A DNA stretch of 64,000 nucleotides from assembly GCA_964016885.1 (NCBI GenBank), contig OZ024742.1, positions 158,286,001 through 158,350,000 of the forward strand, in the 5' to 3' direction. Position 1 is the stretch's first letter, and each line of letters begins with the position of its first letter. Positions 1-12,899 of the stretch are shown piece by piece. The notes under the pieces were generated by a model. That model was not told where the DNA came from. It was given only the letters and a program-made list of their open reading frames with translations, and ran no database searches. The position numbers and the translations under genes were made by a program. Source of the stretch: Eledone cirrhosa (lineage: Eukaryota).

Positions 1-1552
1 TACACTAAGAGAATACGAAGCGGTGACAGGAGCAATGATCAACCAGGAAAAGTCAGTGGACCTGCAGCTCGGCACCTGGAGAGGCAGGTCCATGCCGACC
101 AACAGCGTTGTCGGGCGCTGAACAGACGGACCGGATAAATTGCTAGGGGTCTGGTTCGGTCCAGACCTCCAGAAGGACAAAAACTGGGACGAGGTGACGA
201 GCAGGGTGGCTTCTCTCACCCAGAAATGGGCCGAGAGGAAGCTATCCCTGAAAGGTCGAGCGGAGGTGGCTAACGCGTACATCGCGTCCGTCATCTACTA
301 CCTCCTGACCGTCGTACCTTGTCCTAAGCCCCGCCTGACTGCGCTGGAGCGTTTGCTCTTTCGCTTCTTGTGGAAGGGACGCGCTCCGATGGTCAGGCGG
401 TCCATCTGCTGTCAACACCCGCTACGTGGAGGGCTTGGCATGCCGTGGCTGATGATGCGCAGACACGCGCTCAGGCTACGACATCTCCACCTCTTCCTCG
501 ACGGTGATCAGGTGTGGTCGCCGTTTGCTAGACACGTTTTTCCCCAGCTCGTCTCCTTGACGGAGCTGCAGTCCTGGGTCAAGCGAAGACCGAGAGGGAG
601 CGCTTGGAGACTGGAATGTCTTCAGGCGCTCACAGCCCTCGACCAATCGGGCAATGTGATAGGTCGAAACTCCACCTTTGCGTTCTATAGGAGATTAGTG
701 GAGGGTAAGAGCGACGACGTACTTGGAGAAACTCTAGGCGTCGACGAAAATCAACTAGCCAATCTCTTCGGAAGGACTTTCGGGCCGGGGCCTATGGACA
801 ACTTCCAGAAATCCCTGGCCTGGCAGTGCTACCGGGGTGCTTTGCCAGTTCGGGATAAACTTTACAGGCATGGAGGTGCCCTCAGCCGGGCATGTCCGAG
901 ATGCGCACAGGGCGACGAAACCGTCCTGCACGCACTCGTCCAGTGTCCGAGCATTGCTGACTTGTGGGTTTATGTCGAACACCTGCTGTCACGTGTAGGA
1001 CGGATCCAGCTATCAGCTGAGTCCATCGTGAGGATTGCCCCGCCCTCTTCCTTTAGCCGGGAAGGGCAGGCAGTTTTTATCTGTCTGGTGGCCATGGCGA
1101 AAGAGATAGTATGGTGGACACGTTTGAAAGGGCTGAAGACGAGCACTTACCCCTTCGGTGATGCCCTGATTAACTTTTTCAAATTTCATCTGAAAAGGAA
1201 AATCAGGGTAGAGAGGGAAGTGCTCTCTTCCCAGCATTTTGTTGAAAGATGGGTGAGAGAAGCAAGTATGGCCCGAATGATTGGGCCTTCTCTGAGTATG
1301 TGTCTGTAAATTAAAGGTGGAAAACTGGGAGAGGGCGCTTGCCCTTGTGGTCAGGGCCACTGTGGTCTTTTAATGGGCTTTCTCCACAAATGTCCCTCGG
1401 AAGTCTCCCCCTATTGGGGAATTTTTCTTTGTTATTTTATTTCATCCTCTGTTTTTTTTTACACGCAGAAATGCCCATTTGTACCGTCCTGTATTGTCCT
1501 GTACTGTCCTTAATGTCTACTTTATGTAAACCCTTGTGGTTAATAAAGAAAA
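1..1552 (+). mobile_element. Tx1/L1-clade non-LTR retrotransposon, 3' portion (ORF2 C-terminus 140-1309 plus 3' UTR)
   Basis: ORF has LGVWFG, W..R.LSLKGR, GGLG.P and a zf-RVT-like CPRC....ETVLHALVQC motif. The 3' UTR ends in AATAAAG followed by (ATT)n. Confidence 0.9.
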
Positions 1553-1595
<43 letters not shown>

Positions 1596-1600
1596 GTTAT

Positions 1601-1790
1601 AAGGGCGGTGGATTGGCAGTATCGGTAGAGGGTTTGACGCCATGCCTTCCAGCATAGTTACGTCCCTTTATGATCTGAGTTCAAATCCCGCCGAGGTTGA
1701 CTTTGCCTTTCATCCTTACGGGGTCGATAAAATAAAGTACCAGTAATGCACTGGGTAATTGCTGGCCTTGTGCCTAAAGTAGAAACAATT
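1601..1790 (+). mobile_element. tRNA-derived CORE-type SINE (octopus OK-like)
   Basis: A-box-like TGGCAGTATCGG, B-box GAGTTCAAATCCC, core GACTTTGCCTTTCATCCTTACGGGGTCGATAAAAT, and an (ATT)n tail. Confidence 0.9.
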
Positions 1791-1809
1791 ATTATTGTTA
1801 TTATTATTG

Positions 1810-3790
1810 TTCTTTGAGTCGCAGTCATTGATGTTATTTAACTGGAAAGTTAGTTGAAATGAATATCAAGCCACTACCTGCAGCCTCAGATATTCAAGAC
1901 GTATCTGAGGGTTCTTGCTGTTCCCAGCAAGCATGCCTTTTGAAGTGTTCCAAAAAGTGAAACACAATAGACCTGACCAGGACTTCATACTTGAGCTCAA
2001 CAACTGTCTAATATCATCTGCCACCTTGAAGATCTTTAGGCTTTTGGTGATCCAAGAAAGAGGTACGATGTCAAATGCCTTTTTGTAGACTATCCATCCC
2101 ATGGCAAGATCAGTGTGTCACTTCCTGCAATTCATCATTACCATTTTTTCAATAAGTAACTCGTCCTTTGTACACGGGACTTCTTTCGGCATCCTCTGTG
2201 TTCGTCCGGTAACAAGTTGTTTGTGTGGTGGTGATGATAGATTTCCTCAGACACAATGGATGTTAACAGTTTCTACATTACGGACACACATGTGATAGGT
2301 CTATAGTTGCTAACATCATACCCTTGGTTCGGTCTTTCATTACCAGAACTGTGGTACCTTTTGTCAACCACTCTGGTACCTCACCTGACATCAAGCAGTC
2401 ATTGAACATGGTTGTCAGTTTAGGGTGGAGGGATGTTATATTTTTAATCCAATACCCCCCCCCCCCCTGCACACCATCTGGGCCTGGTGATTTCCAATTG
2501 GTTAGTTTTCTGGCCTACCCCTTAAGAGTTTCAACTGTGATACTCAAATCAGTTTGTTGGTGTGCCCTGTTCACTAATCTCCTTTTGTACTGTCTCAATC
2601 TACACTGCCTGATCATTATGTTTAACATCCTGCTCTCATATTCCTCTCCAGAATGTCTAAGTTTGTTCCGCCTCAGGGATGATGTCGTTGCCTCTTTCTT
2701 TCCCTTCAATCTGTCCAAACAACATCTTCTGGTTGTTGTCAAACATGCGGTTCTGTCTATACTGACTGACTCTAATCTTTGCGCTCTTTGTTACAATGCG
2801 TTGCTTCAGTTCCTCTATAATAATATTTAGCTTTTTCCTCCTAGTTTTGTAGTTTATTTCCAGTCTATTTTTAGTGTCTATGTTTTGTAGTGTCCCATTC
2901 AGTAGGGACTCAAGCTTTCCAATGTCATTTCTCATTTCCCTGATTTGACCATTCAGACGTTTCTTCCACCAAGGTACTGATCTTTCTCGTTTGTTGTTTC
3001 CTCTCGTTTTTATGCCAAGTAATTTCCTCACCGCATTTTCTGTTGCTTTTAGGATATTGTTGCACTGGTGAAGGCTCCTCGCCTCAAGGTATGGGATGAT
3101 TTTGTTTACCTTAGCTGTTGTTTCTTTTAACTTTTTCCTGTCTACAATTCTTAGGTTCATAGGTTTCCCATTATCATTTCATTTCATCTACCACTAACTT
3201 TAGGATATCAACCAAATCTTGTCCTAGCCCGTCACCATTCATCCCCTCAATAGCCGTATCTTTGTTCCGGGTATTATTTATTTCAGCATTCAGATCATTG
3301 TGTGCTTCGGATGCTTCCTCCGTTCTCTCAACACCTTCACCTTCATTTCCAACTGGCTCATTTGCTTGCCTGGCATACTCCACTCTCCATTTCCAACCTA
3401 ATCTCTCTGCTGAGTTCCCCCAGTTCCAGCTCGCTTATCCACCCATTAGTTCTTATTACCCGAGCCTGCCCGGCCAATTTTAGTTCATCTAATTTAAATA
3501 GACCAATCTCGTTCCAGATGTTATGCATCCGTTTCCTATAGCCTTTTTCCTTGGGGTTACTCTTCAGGTAACATTGCATAACAGTTCTATTCAATTCTTT
3601 CGTCTAGTTGGTTTTGGTCCCTTTCCTTCTTCTTCTTCCTCCAACACCAGCAATATTTGGATGACAGCCAGGTCCCTGCTGCTGGCCAGGGAGCGCCTAC
3701 TGGGTGAGAGTCTGTCACATGACATTCCAGTCTCCACTTCACCGTTATTCGAACTGATTAGGTTCGACATTTAAACACTCATATCGAGGA
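1810..3790 (-). mobile_element. R4/Dong-like non-LTR element, internally deleted and frameshifted
   Basis: ORF fragments MQCYLKSNP...GYRKRM, PWWKKRL, GEVPEWLTKG.T.L and WI.YKKAFD.VP. Sequence 1812-1950 matches the 3' end of the copy at 10.7 kb. Confidence 0.88.
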
Positions 3791-4169
3791 TTGGTGAATG
3801 TATGGTTACATAAACACCGGTGATTTCATCACCCCCAGTGATTTGATCACCCCCGGTGATTTTAGTGTGGCACTATCACGCTGTAGACGAACATAAATAA
3901 ATAAACAAATAAATAAACAAATAAATAGGTAAAAACTTCAAAAAATAAACAAAAGTTTCATCGTAATGTAATGTTTGAATGTATGTGTCAGTTTTTTTTG
4001 TTTGTTCGTTTGTTTTTCCTTTATTTACGTTTTTCGTTGCTGCTGTGCTGTTTTAATTTTTAATTTTTTTTATTTTAGCTTCATGAGAAGTAAGGCTGTT
4101 GCGTTCAAAACTTTTGGAATTTGTTTCGACTTGTTGCTTATCATTATTATTATTATTATTATTACAATC

Positions 4170-5210
4170 GACGGTGAATTGGCAGTGTCGGTAGAGGGTT
4201 GGACGCCATGCTTTCCAGCATAGTTACGTCCCTTTACGATCTGAGTTCAAATCCCGCCGAGGTTAACTTTGCCTTTCATCCTTACGGGGTCGATAAAATA
4301 AAGTACCAGTAATGTACTGGGTAATTGCTGGCCTTGTGCCTAAAGTAGAAACAATTATTATTATTACACTATTAGACCACAGGACGGTGGATTGGCAGTA
4401 TCGGTAGAGGGTCGGACGCCATGCTTTCCAGCATAGTTAGGTCCCTTTATGATCTGAGTTCAAATCCCGCCGAGGTTGACTTTGCCTTTCATCCTTACGG
4501 GGTCGATAAAATAAAATACCAGTAATGCACTGGGTAATTGATGGCCTTGTGCCTAACGTAGAAACAATTATTATTGTTATAGGGCGGTGGATTGGCAGTA
4601 TCGGTAGAGAGTCGGACACCATACTTGGAAGAATAGAGTTACGTCCCTTTAAGATCTGAGTTCAAATCCCGCCGAGCTTAACTTTGCCTTTCATCCTTAC
4701 GGGGTCGATAAAATAAAGTACCAGTAATGTACTGGATAATTGCTGGCCTTGTGCCTAAAATAGAAACAATTTTTATTATTATCAGCCGTGGTTAACTTTG
4801 CCCTCCATCCCCACGGGGTCGACAAGAGAAAGCACCAGCAATGCACTGGGCAATTGCCGGCCTTGTGCCAAATGTAGCAACATTAATTATTAATATTATA
4901 TTATACCGGGTCGATAAAACAAAGCACTAGCAATGCACTGGGCAATTGCCGGCCCTGCGCCAAAGAAAGAAAGAAAAAAAGATAGAAACAATTATTATTA
5001 TTATATTAGAGTTTGGTGGGCGGTGGATTGGCAGTATCGGTAGAGGGTCGGACGCCATGCTTTCCAGCATAGTTACGTCCCTTTACGATCTGAGTTCAAA
5101 TCCCGCCGAGGTTGATTTTGCCTTTCATCCTTACGGGGTCGATAAAATAAAGTACCAGTAATGCACTGGGTAATTGCTGGCATTGTGCCTAAAGTAGAAA
5201 CAATTATTAT
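4170..5210 (+). mobile_element. Tandem array of about 6 CORE-type SINE copies (some partial) separated by (ATT)n
   Basis: Units of about 190-200 bp start near 4170, 4382, 4581, 4786 (partial), 4908 (partial) and 5018. Confidence 0.9.
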
Positions 5211-5689
5211 ATTATAGTTCAGATTTGACATCGTTTAAACTAAACAATTTGAGGGGGTTTTAGAGGTACAGCAGCAGTAATGTTTTTGTTGTTGTTGTTG
5301 TTGCATCTGACCGGGTCATCAAACCAGTCTATTTATATCTTTTGATACCTTCCTCACTTAGTGGGAATACTACTATCCCTCTGTCTTAACAGGAGGTAGT
5401 GGGAGAGAATAGCGGTGGTAGAGATAATGATGCAATGGTGGTGGTCATGTGATAGTAGTAATGTAGTGGTGGTGTTGATGTTGTTGAAGTAACATATGGT
5501 TTGGCTAGATTTTTTTGTGTGATAGTGGTGATGTTGGCGGCGGCGGTGGTGGTGTTGGTGGTGAAATTATTTGCCTGTTTGTCCACGTAGCCATGTTCCT
5601 TATTTGACTATAACATTTCTGATACAAAATTAAGTATTAAATATTGGGGCCCTATGTCATAATGTGATGCGTTGTCACTTGCTGAGAGA

Positions 5690-5880
5690 TGGCAGTATCG
5701 GTAGAGGGTCGGACGCCATGCTTTGACGCATAGAGTTACGGCCCTTGCCATTCTGAGTTCAAATACCGCCGAGGTTAACTTTGCCTTTCATCCTTGCGGG
5801 GTCGATAAAATAAAGTACCAGTAATACACTGATAAATGCTGGCCTTGCGCCAAAAGTAGAAACAATTATTATTATTATTA
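5690..5880 (+). mobile_element. CORE-type SINE copy
   Basis: Same head, core and (ATT)n tail as 1601-1790. Confidence 0.85.
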
Positions 5881-5884
5881 TTAT

Positions 5885-8800
5885 AGTTGCATTTATCTTG
5901 CTTTATGTTCATACGAGTTATCACCAAGTCACAACCAGTGACCTCAAGAGACAACAAGGTCCGCCATGTTCAAGAAAGAACATACATACACACACATGCA
6001 TCTTTAGGTGTTTAGACTTGTGATGTACTTATATTGACAGAATCTTCCTTAGTATATGGGCAGTCCCCATTAGTACTATCTTTTGTATTTCTCCTATACG
6101 CGGGTTTCCTGGGATTTGCGATAAGTATTCATTAGACCCCTTAGGTATCATTCCTAGAGCGCCTACAACCACTGGTATTGTTTTAGTTCTCAATTTCCAC
6201 ATTTTTCCAATTGCTATCTCCAGGTCCTTATACTTGCTCAATTTTTCAAATGTTTTTATAGATACATTCTTGTCTATTGGAACGGACATATCTATTAGCA
6301 AGCATACCTTCTTTTTAAAGTCCTTCAGTATTATATCAGGTCTATTTGCATCTATTTTTCGGTCTGTTTGGATGCTAAAGTTCCACAAGATTGAGATGTG
6401 ATCTTTTTCAAGTATGGGAGGTGGTTGATCCTCCCACCAATTCTTTTGATGGGGCAGGTCAAAATGCTTACACATTATCCAATGTATGTATTGTGCAGCT
6501 CTGTCATGCCTGTTTAGGTATTCGGTTGGAGCTATAGGACTGCACATTGAAATTATATGATCAATGGTCTCTGGTTGTTTTTTACATACACGGCATAATG
6601 GGTTGCATCCACTTTTTATTATGCTGGCTTGGTAATTTTTTGTTGGCAGACACTGATCTTGTGCTGATATAATCAGTCCTTCAGTCTCGGATTTCAGTCC
6701 AGAGGATGCCAACCATTGATGGGTTAAAGCTTTGAAAACATCAGGATTGTTAGCTCTTTCTGGGTATTTTCCATACAGAGGCTTTTCTTGCCATTTGTTA
6801 GCCAGTTTCTGTAGCAGTTCTTTCTCTGCTGTTACTTTTACCTGCTTTACTTTTTCTGTGTTTTCCATTTCAGCAGTAAATGGGACTTCTGAAATTTGTA
6901 GTCCATCACTGTATCCTTGTGCATCTTTTGTAATGGAGTATGATCTTTTGATGCTTTCGTGTTTCAAAACGAGTTTGATCATCCAATCATGTGATTCCCT
7001 TAGATATGTAGATCATCCATTTGTTGCAGTGTTCAACGCAATATCTAACTGGATTAACCCACGTCCTCCTTCTTTCCTAAGGAGATATATTCTATCTGTA
7101 TCTGCCTTAGGGTGATGCATTCTGTGCATGGTTAAGAATTTTCTAATTTTTGTATCGAGCCTACGGATCGCTGTGCTTGACATTGTAACTGTAGGTTACT
7201 ACTGGTATGGCAAGCGTGTTTATGGCATCGATCCTATTCCTTGCATTCAATTCCGTTCTTAAGATTGCTCCTACTCTGCGGTAACATTCCTTCCTTATCC
7301 TTTCCCTCATTGTCGAGTGCTTGATTCCGTCTCCTTCACTAACACCTAGATTTGTGTAAGTCTCCTCTTGATCAAGTTCTCTTATCACATTCCCCCGATC
7401 AAGATTAATGTCAGAACTTTTCAGCAGCTTTCCTCTGGTGAACGTTGCTTTGGCGCATTTATCTAGTCCAAACTCCATTTTAATGTCATCACTGAACTGC
7501 TCCACAGTGGATAATAGCCCTTGCAATTGTTCATCATTTTTTGCAAATAGTTTCAGGTCATCCATGTAGAACAAGTGATTAATGGTTTTGTCATAGACTT
7601 TATATCCATGTTTTGTTTCATTGAGCATTTTACTTAATGGTATAAGTGCGATGCAGAATATAAGCGGTGATAAAGAGTCACCCTGAAAAATTCTACAATT
7701 AACTTCTCCAGCTTCCAGTGATTTTGTTTCACTATTCAAAAGGAGTGTCGTTTTCCATGTCTTCATACTGAATGACAGGAACCTCCTGACAACGGGAGAT
7801 ATTTTGAAAATCTCTAAACATTTTTCAATCCAACTGTGTGGTAAACTATCGAATGCTTTTTTATAATCTATCCAAGCAATTGATAGATTTTTGTGTTTAT
7901 TATGACAATCTTCCAGTATCATTTTGTTAACCAAAAGATGATTCTTACAGCCATATGAGCCTCGTTTACACCCTTTCTGCTCATTGGGAAATAGGTCATT
8001 TGTTATCAGGTGGTCATATGTATATTCAGTTAGGACTGATGTTAAAATTTCATACATTGTGGTCAAGCAAGTTATCGGTCTGTAATTTTTGGGATTGTTT
8101 GTCTCATCATTCTTCATTGTAAAGTTGGGCTAAGAGCTCATGAGACTCTGTGAAGGCATTTATCCAAAAATTTGGTATTTTGTCTTTTCCTGGGGATTTC
8201 CATTTGCATGTTTTTCTAAGAGCCAAACGCAATTGTTCAACTGTTATATTTTACCATATTTGTTCCTCAAGGTGAGCTGTATCTTTCATTTGTCTGTCTA
8301 TCCATGGGGTATGTATATTATGAACTTTTTCTTCGGCCCAGATCTTTTCCCAGAATTCTTGCACTTCCTGCTTGGGTGGTATTGATTTAGCAGTTATTGT
8401 TGACTTGCCAATTTTTCTGTAGAAGTTTCTTTGGTTGTTTTTGAACATATTATTGTCCTTATAGAATCTAGATCGTTTTTCAAAGCGCCTTATACGAGCA
8501 GCTTTGGCTTGATTATTTCTATCAGCATGTCTATGTCACTTGTTGATTGTATACTCTATTTTCTTTTCAATTTTCTATGTTTAGTTTGTTTAACATGTTC
8601 ACCTACTTTGTAGTTTGTTAAAATTTCTATGTCAGATCGGAGAAGGTTTATTTGGCGATTTATGTTCTCTTGCCAAGTAGATTTCTTGTGGGAATTCCTT
8701 TGTTTTTTTCATTTTCACTCCACATAAGTGAGTGGTGACTTTAGCCGATGCATAATAGAGATGATTTAAATGAGTAATGTTTAGTTTGTTTGTGATGATA

Positions 8801-9700
8801 ATGTTTTTGAGAATTATGTTAGTCTTGTGTATTATCTTTGAATTCTGTTTGGAGTTCTGGTTCTTAGGGAGGGTTTCTCGTTCCCCCATGTCAGATTCTT
8901 TTATTTTCATCCATTCGATCCTTCAAGTTGGCAAGTTCATTCTCATTCATTTCTTTATCATTTACGATCTCATTATTTTCATTTGGAGTTTCATCTTGAG
9001 CATGCACTCCCTCCACTTTTTCGATCCTTTCTTTAATTTGTTCTGTTGTCAGTGATTCCGCCCCAACCCTGGGATTCGAAGTGTTACAATTTACCTCGTT
9101 TTCATTTTCCCTTCACTGACTGTGTGCTAATTACTTGATCTGATCAATTTCTATATCAGTTAGTAACTTTTTTTTTACAATATTTCTTCGTATATTGGCT
9201 AGTTTGTTACTGTCAATATAGCCTCTGTTTTGGGGATGTTTCTTTTTCCAGTTGATATATGTCTGTTCTGTATTCGATGTATTTGATGGGTAGTACATGG
9301 CAGTGTAGAAAGCCTCAAGGACTTCTTTATTATCTTCCCTTGACCATTCTTCTCTCTTTTTCTTTGGATTTCTTGGTGGTGAGCATGGAGGGCCAACAGT
9401 AGGAGTATTCCGGTTATGGGAGGTCTCCAGCTCCGAAGTGATGGGAAGGTTGAACCATTAGCTGATTTTTCGACCCCAGTCTGGTTCCTCTCTGAGGGAC
9501 GCGGCCCTTTTTGACCCGAGTGACGGCCGATCCGGTATGAGATTTTATCTTTTGACATTTACTTTATTTTGTCGCGTTTTATCCTTAACCGCCAAGGGGT
9601 AATCATTTCGTGTTACCACTTCTAGGACGAGTGTCAACTAAGACTAGAGGGGTCGTCCTCCTCTAGAGACACGGATATTCCCCGCCGGCCGCCATCTGGT
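5885..9700 (-). mobile_element. Near full-length R4/Dong-like element (RT + restriction-like endonuclease), disrupted by stops and frameshifts
   Basis: NYRPITCL, IFQGDSLSP, HLFYMDDLKL, CRVC....ETIDHI, RHD and RPDII motifs in ORFs 7161-8117 and 6029-6982. The N-terminal ATG is near 9558. Confidence 0.93.
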
Positions 9701-10699
9701 ATTTCTTTTTTGTTGTTTTTTAAATTGTTATTATCATGAGTGGTTCCTTAATGTGAGCATATTGTGGCTTAAGAATGAATTTTTATTAATAATATAATAT
9801 ACTTTTTACTGAAGTTGCCTGTTATTGTTGTTGGCTATGTCGGTGGTGGTGCTGGGGCTTTTTCTATTGTTGGTGGGGAAGGGGGAGCCAGCAGTGCCAT
9901 AGTCGTTGACGTTTGACCGAGTCACTAAGTCAATCTATTTATATCTTTTGCTAGCCTCTCCCTTGTCTAGTGATACCGCCACCTTCCCCGTTCTTAAGTT
10001 AACAGAAGGTAATGGGGGAATAGTGGTGGTAGCAATGACGGAGTGGTGGCGGAGGTGATGGGATAGTGGTAGCAATGATGGATGGCGTGGTGGCGTTGTC
10101 GTTATGAGTTTTGTTGAATAGACTGTAGTAGTATGCGTTTGTTTGATCTGTGTATCTATGCGTTTTGTCGCGTATGTTTAATATATGTGTTGACATATTT
10201 TCTTAATATTTGAATTAAACATTTTGAGAAAACTTGAGATACAATAATAGTAATTATTATTATTATGTTGGGATTGGTGGTGGTGGTGGTGGTGGTGGTG
10301 GTGACATTGCCGTTATCTGGCTGTTGTATTTAGTGTACACAGAGGGGTGATGGGATAGGTGGTGTATCTAGTTTGTGGTACTGGCGAAATTGCTGTTATT
10401 TAGCTGTTCTATATAGTGTAGACAGAGGGGGTTTTCTTCCATTTATAACCATTTTCATTTTTGAATATAAAATTTATAATACAAAATTGAATATTTGAGC
10501 GATATAACATGATATTATGGATCCGAATTTTCTGAGAGTTGAGTCTAGTGCTTTATGTATCATTTGAACTAAGAATTGTTATATCACAATTGTTTTAAAT
10601 ATGTTAAGAATTAAAAACTTACGGGAGCGATTTCATGACCTTCTATCCACCACGTGCGTCTTCTTCCCTTATTATTATTATTATTATTATTATTATATT

Positions 10700-12732
10700 T
10701 GTTATTACTCTTTGAGTCTCAGCCATTGATGTTAGTTAACTGGAAAGTTTGTTGAAATGAATATCAAGCCACTACCTGCAGCCTCAGATATTCAGGACGT
10801 ATCGTAGGGTTCTTGCTGTTCCCAGCAAGCATGCCTTTTGAAGCGTTCCAAAAGGCGTGAAGGGGCCAATTTTCTTTAACCATCCTTGGAAACTTTTTGA
10901 GATAGTCCCTAGTGCGCCTATGACAATCGGGATCACTTTGACTTCATGGCAGTTCCAAATCCTTTTAACCTCCCACTTTAAGTCCTGGTATCGGTTAATT
11001 TTCTCCCTCTCCTTCTCTTGCACTCTCGTGTCGAATGGGCAGGCCACATCTACAATCAGGCACGATCTTTTTTCTTTGTCCAAAACCACCAGGTCAGGTC
11101 TATTGTGTTTCAGTTTCTTGTCCGTCTGTATCCTAAAATCCCACAGCACCTTCACCTGATCGTTTTCTATCACCGCCTCTGGCTTATGCTCATACCACTT
11201 CTCAGAATGTGGTAAATTGTTTACTTTGCATAGGTGCCAGTGGATCACCCTGCCCATCACATCATGTCTCCAGCCTTTATAGTGAGTCTGGGCTAGGTGT
11301 TTACACTCGGATACAATGTGAGCCACAGTCTCCTCTCTCTCTCTCACCACAGATCCTACATAGTGGGCTAGCCTCCTCCTTGTAAATATGGTGTTTCAGC
11401 CACTTCACTTTGAGGGCCTGCTCTTGCGCAGGCATTAGCATTCCTTCTGTAGCCTTTTTAAGGTATACTCTTTTCAACCAGTTCCATGTCTGTGGATCTC
11501 TAAATTCAGTTTTCTCAAAGAAGATACTATGAAGGGATTTTTCATGAAGGTTGCTCTTTCTCCTTGTTGTTATTTCCTCCTTGGACACCTCCTGGTCTAT
11601 TTTCCTCTCCTTCAGTACAATTCTGAGCATTTGTTCCCTACTATCAGTCACGTATTTGTGTAGGTTGTTTTTATCCATCTGAACACACTCCTCTATGCTG
11701 ATAAGACCGCTTCCACCTTCAGATCTCCTTAAGTAGAGTCTATCGACATCACTCCTCTTGTGGAACATATTGTAGATAGTCAATAGCTTCCTAGTCTTCC
11801 TATCCATTTCTTTTTGTTCAGCAACATTCCATCTCAGAATTCCCGCAATGTACCTAATAATAGACACAGCTCGGGAATTTACTGCACTTATGGCATTCCT
11901 ACTGTTCAGATGTGACTTTAATACGCTCCTTACTCTCCGAAGGTATTCAGTTCTTATCAATTCCTTCATTTTTTTGTTCTTGATGTCATCAGCCTCTAGA
12001 ACGCCCAAATACTTGTATCCTTCCTCAGAGTCAATTTCCTCTATCATCTCACCTGTTGGTATCTGGATTCCGCTACTTCTGCTCAACTTACCCCTCCTCA
12101 TCACAATGACTCCACACTTACTAATACCAAATTGCATACATATATCATTGCTGAAAATACGGACAGTGTCAACAAGCACATCCAACTCCTTCTCACTCTT
12201 CCCGAAGAGCTTAAGATCGTCCATGAAGAATAGGTGATTGATGGTAAGCCCTCCCTTTCCCAACCTGTATCCTTCTCTCACTTTTCGCAGTACACTGGTC
12301 AGGGGCATCAGGGCAAGGACAAACAACAGAGGGGACAGACCATCTCCCTGGAAGATACCTCTCTTGATCTTCACGCTTCCCAAGGATTCTTCAGTTGATG
12401 TTAACTCTGTTTCCCAGGACTTCATACTTTTGCCCAACAACTGTCTGATGTTATCTGCCACCTTGAAGATCTCCAGGCTTTTGGTGATCCAAGAATGAGG
12501 CACCATGTCAAATGCCTTTTTGTAGTCTATCCATCCCATGGCAAGACCAGTGTGTCTCCTCTTGCAATTCCTCATTACCATCTTATCAATAAGTAACTGG
12601 TCCTTTGTACCACGTGACTTCTTTCGGCATCCTTTCTGTTCGTCCGGTAACAAGTTGTTTGTGTGGAGGTGATGGTAGATTTCCTCAGACATAATGCTTG
12701 TCAACAGTTTCCACATTACGGACAGACATGTG

Positions 12733-12735
<3 letters not shown>
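10700..12735 (-). mobile_element. 5'-truncated R4/Dong-like element inserted in (TAA)n
   Basis: [24 protein letters not shown] and RPDLVV motifs. (ATT)n lies on both flanks (about 10670-10700 and 12734-12766). Confidence 0.93.
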
Positions 12736-12767
<32 letters not shown>

Positions 12768-12768
12768 G

Positions 12769-12899
<131 letters not shown>

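Noticed and set aside
3815-3865. Three tandem ~20-bp GGTGAT...ATCACC hairpin units
   Set aside because: Probably a transposon subterminal remnant; no partner end was found.
4170-5210. Regularly spaced repeats resembling a CRISPR array or tRNA cluster
   Set aside because: They are whole ~190-bp SINE copies with no unique spacers, no cloverleaf and no cas genes, in a eukaryotic context.
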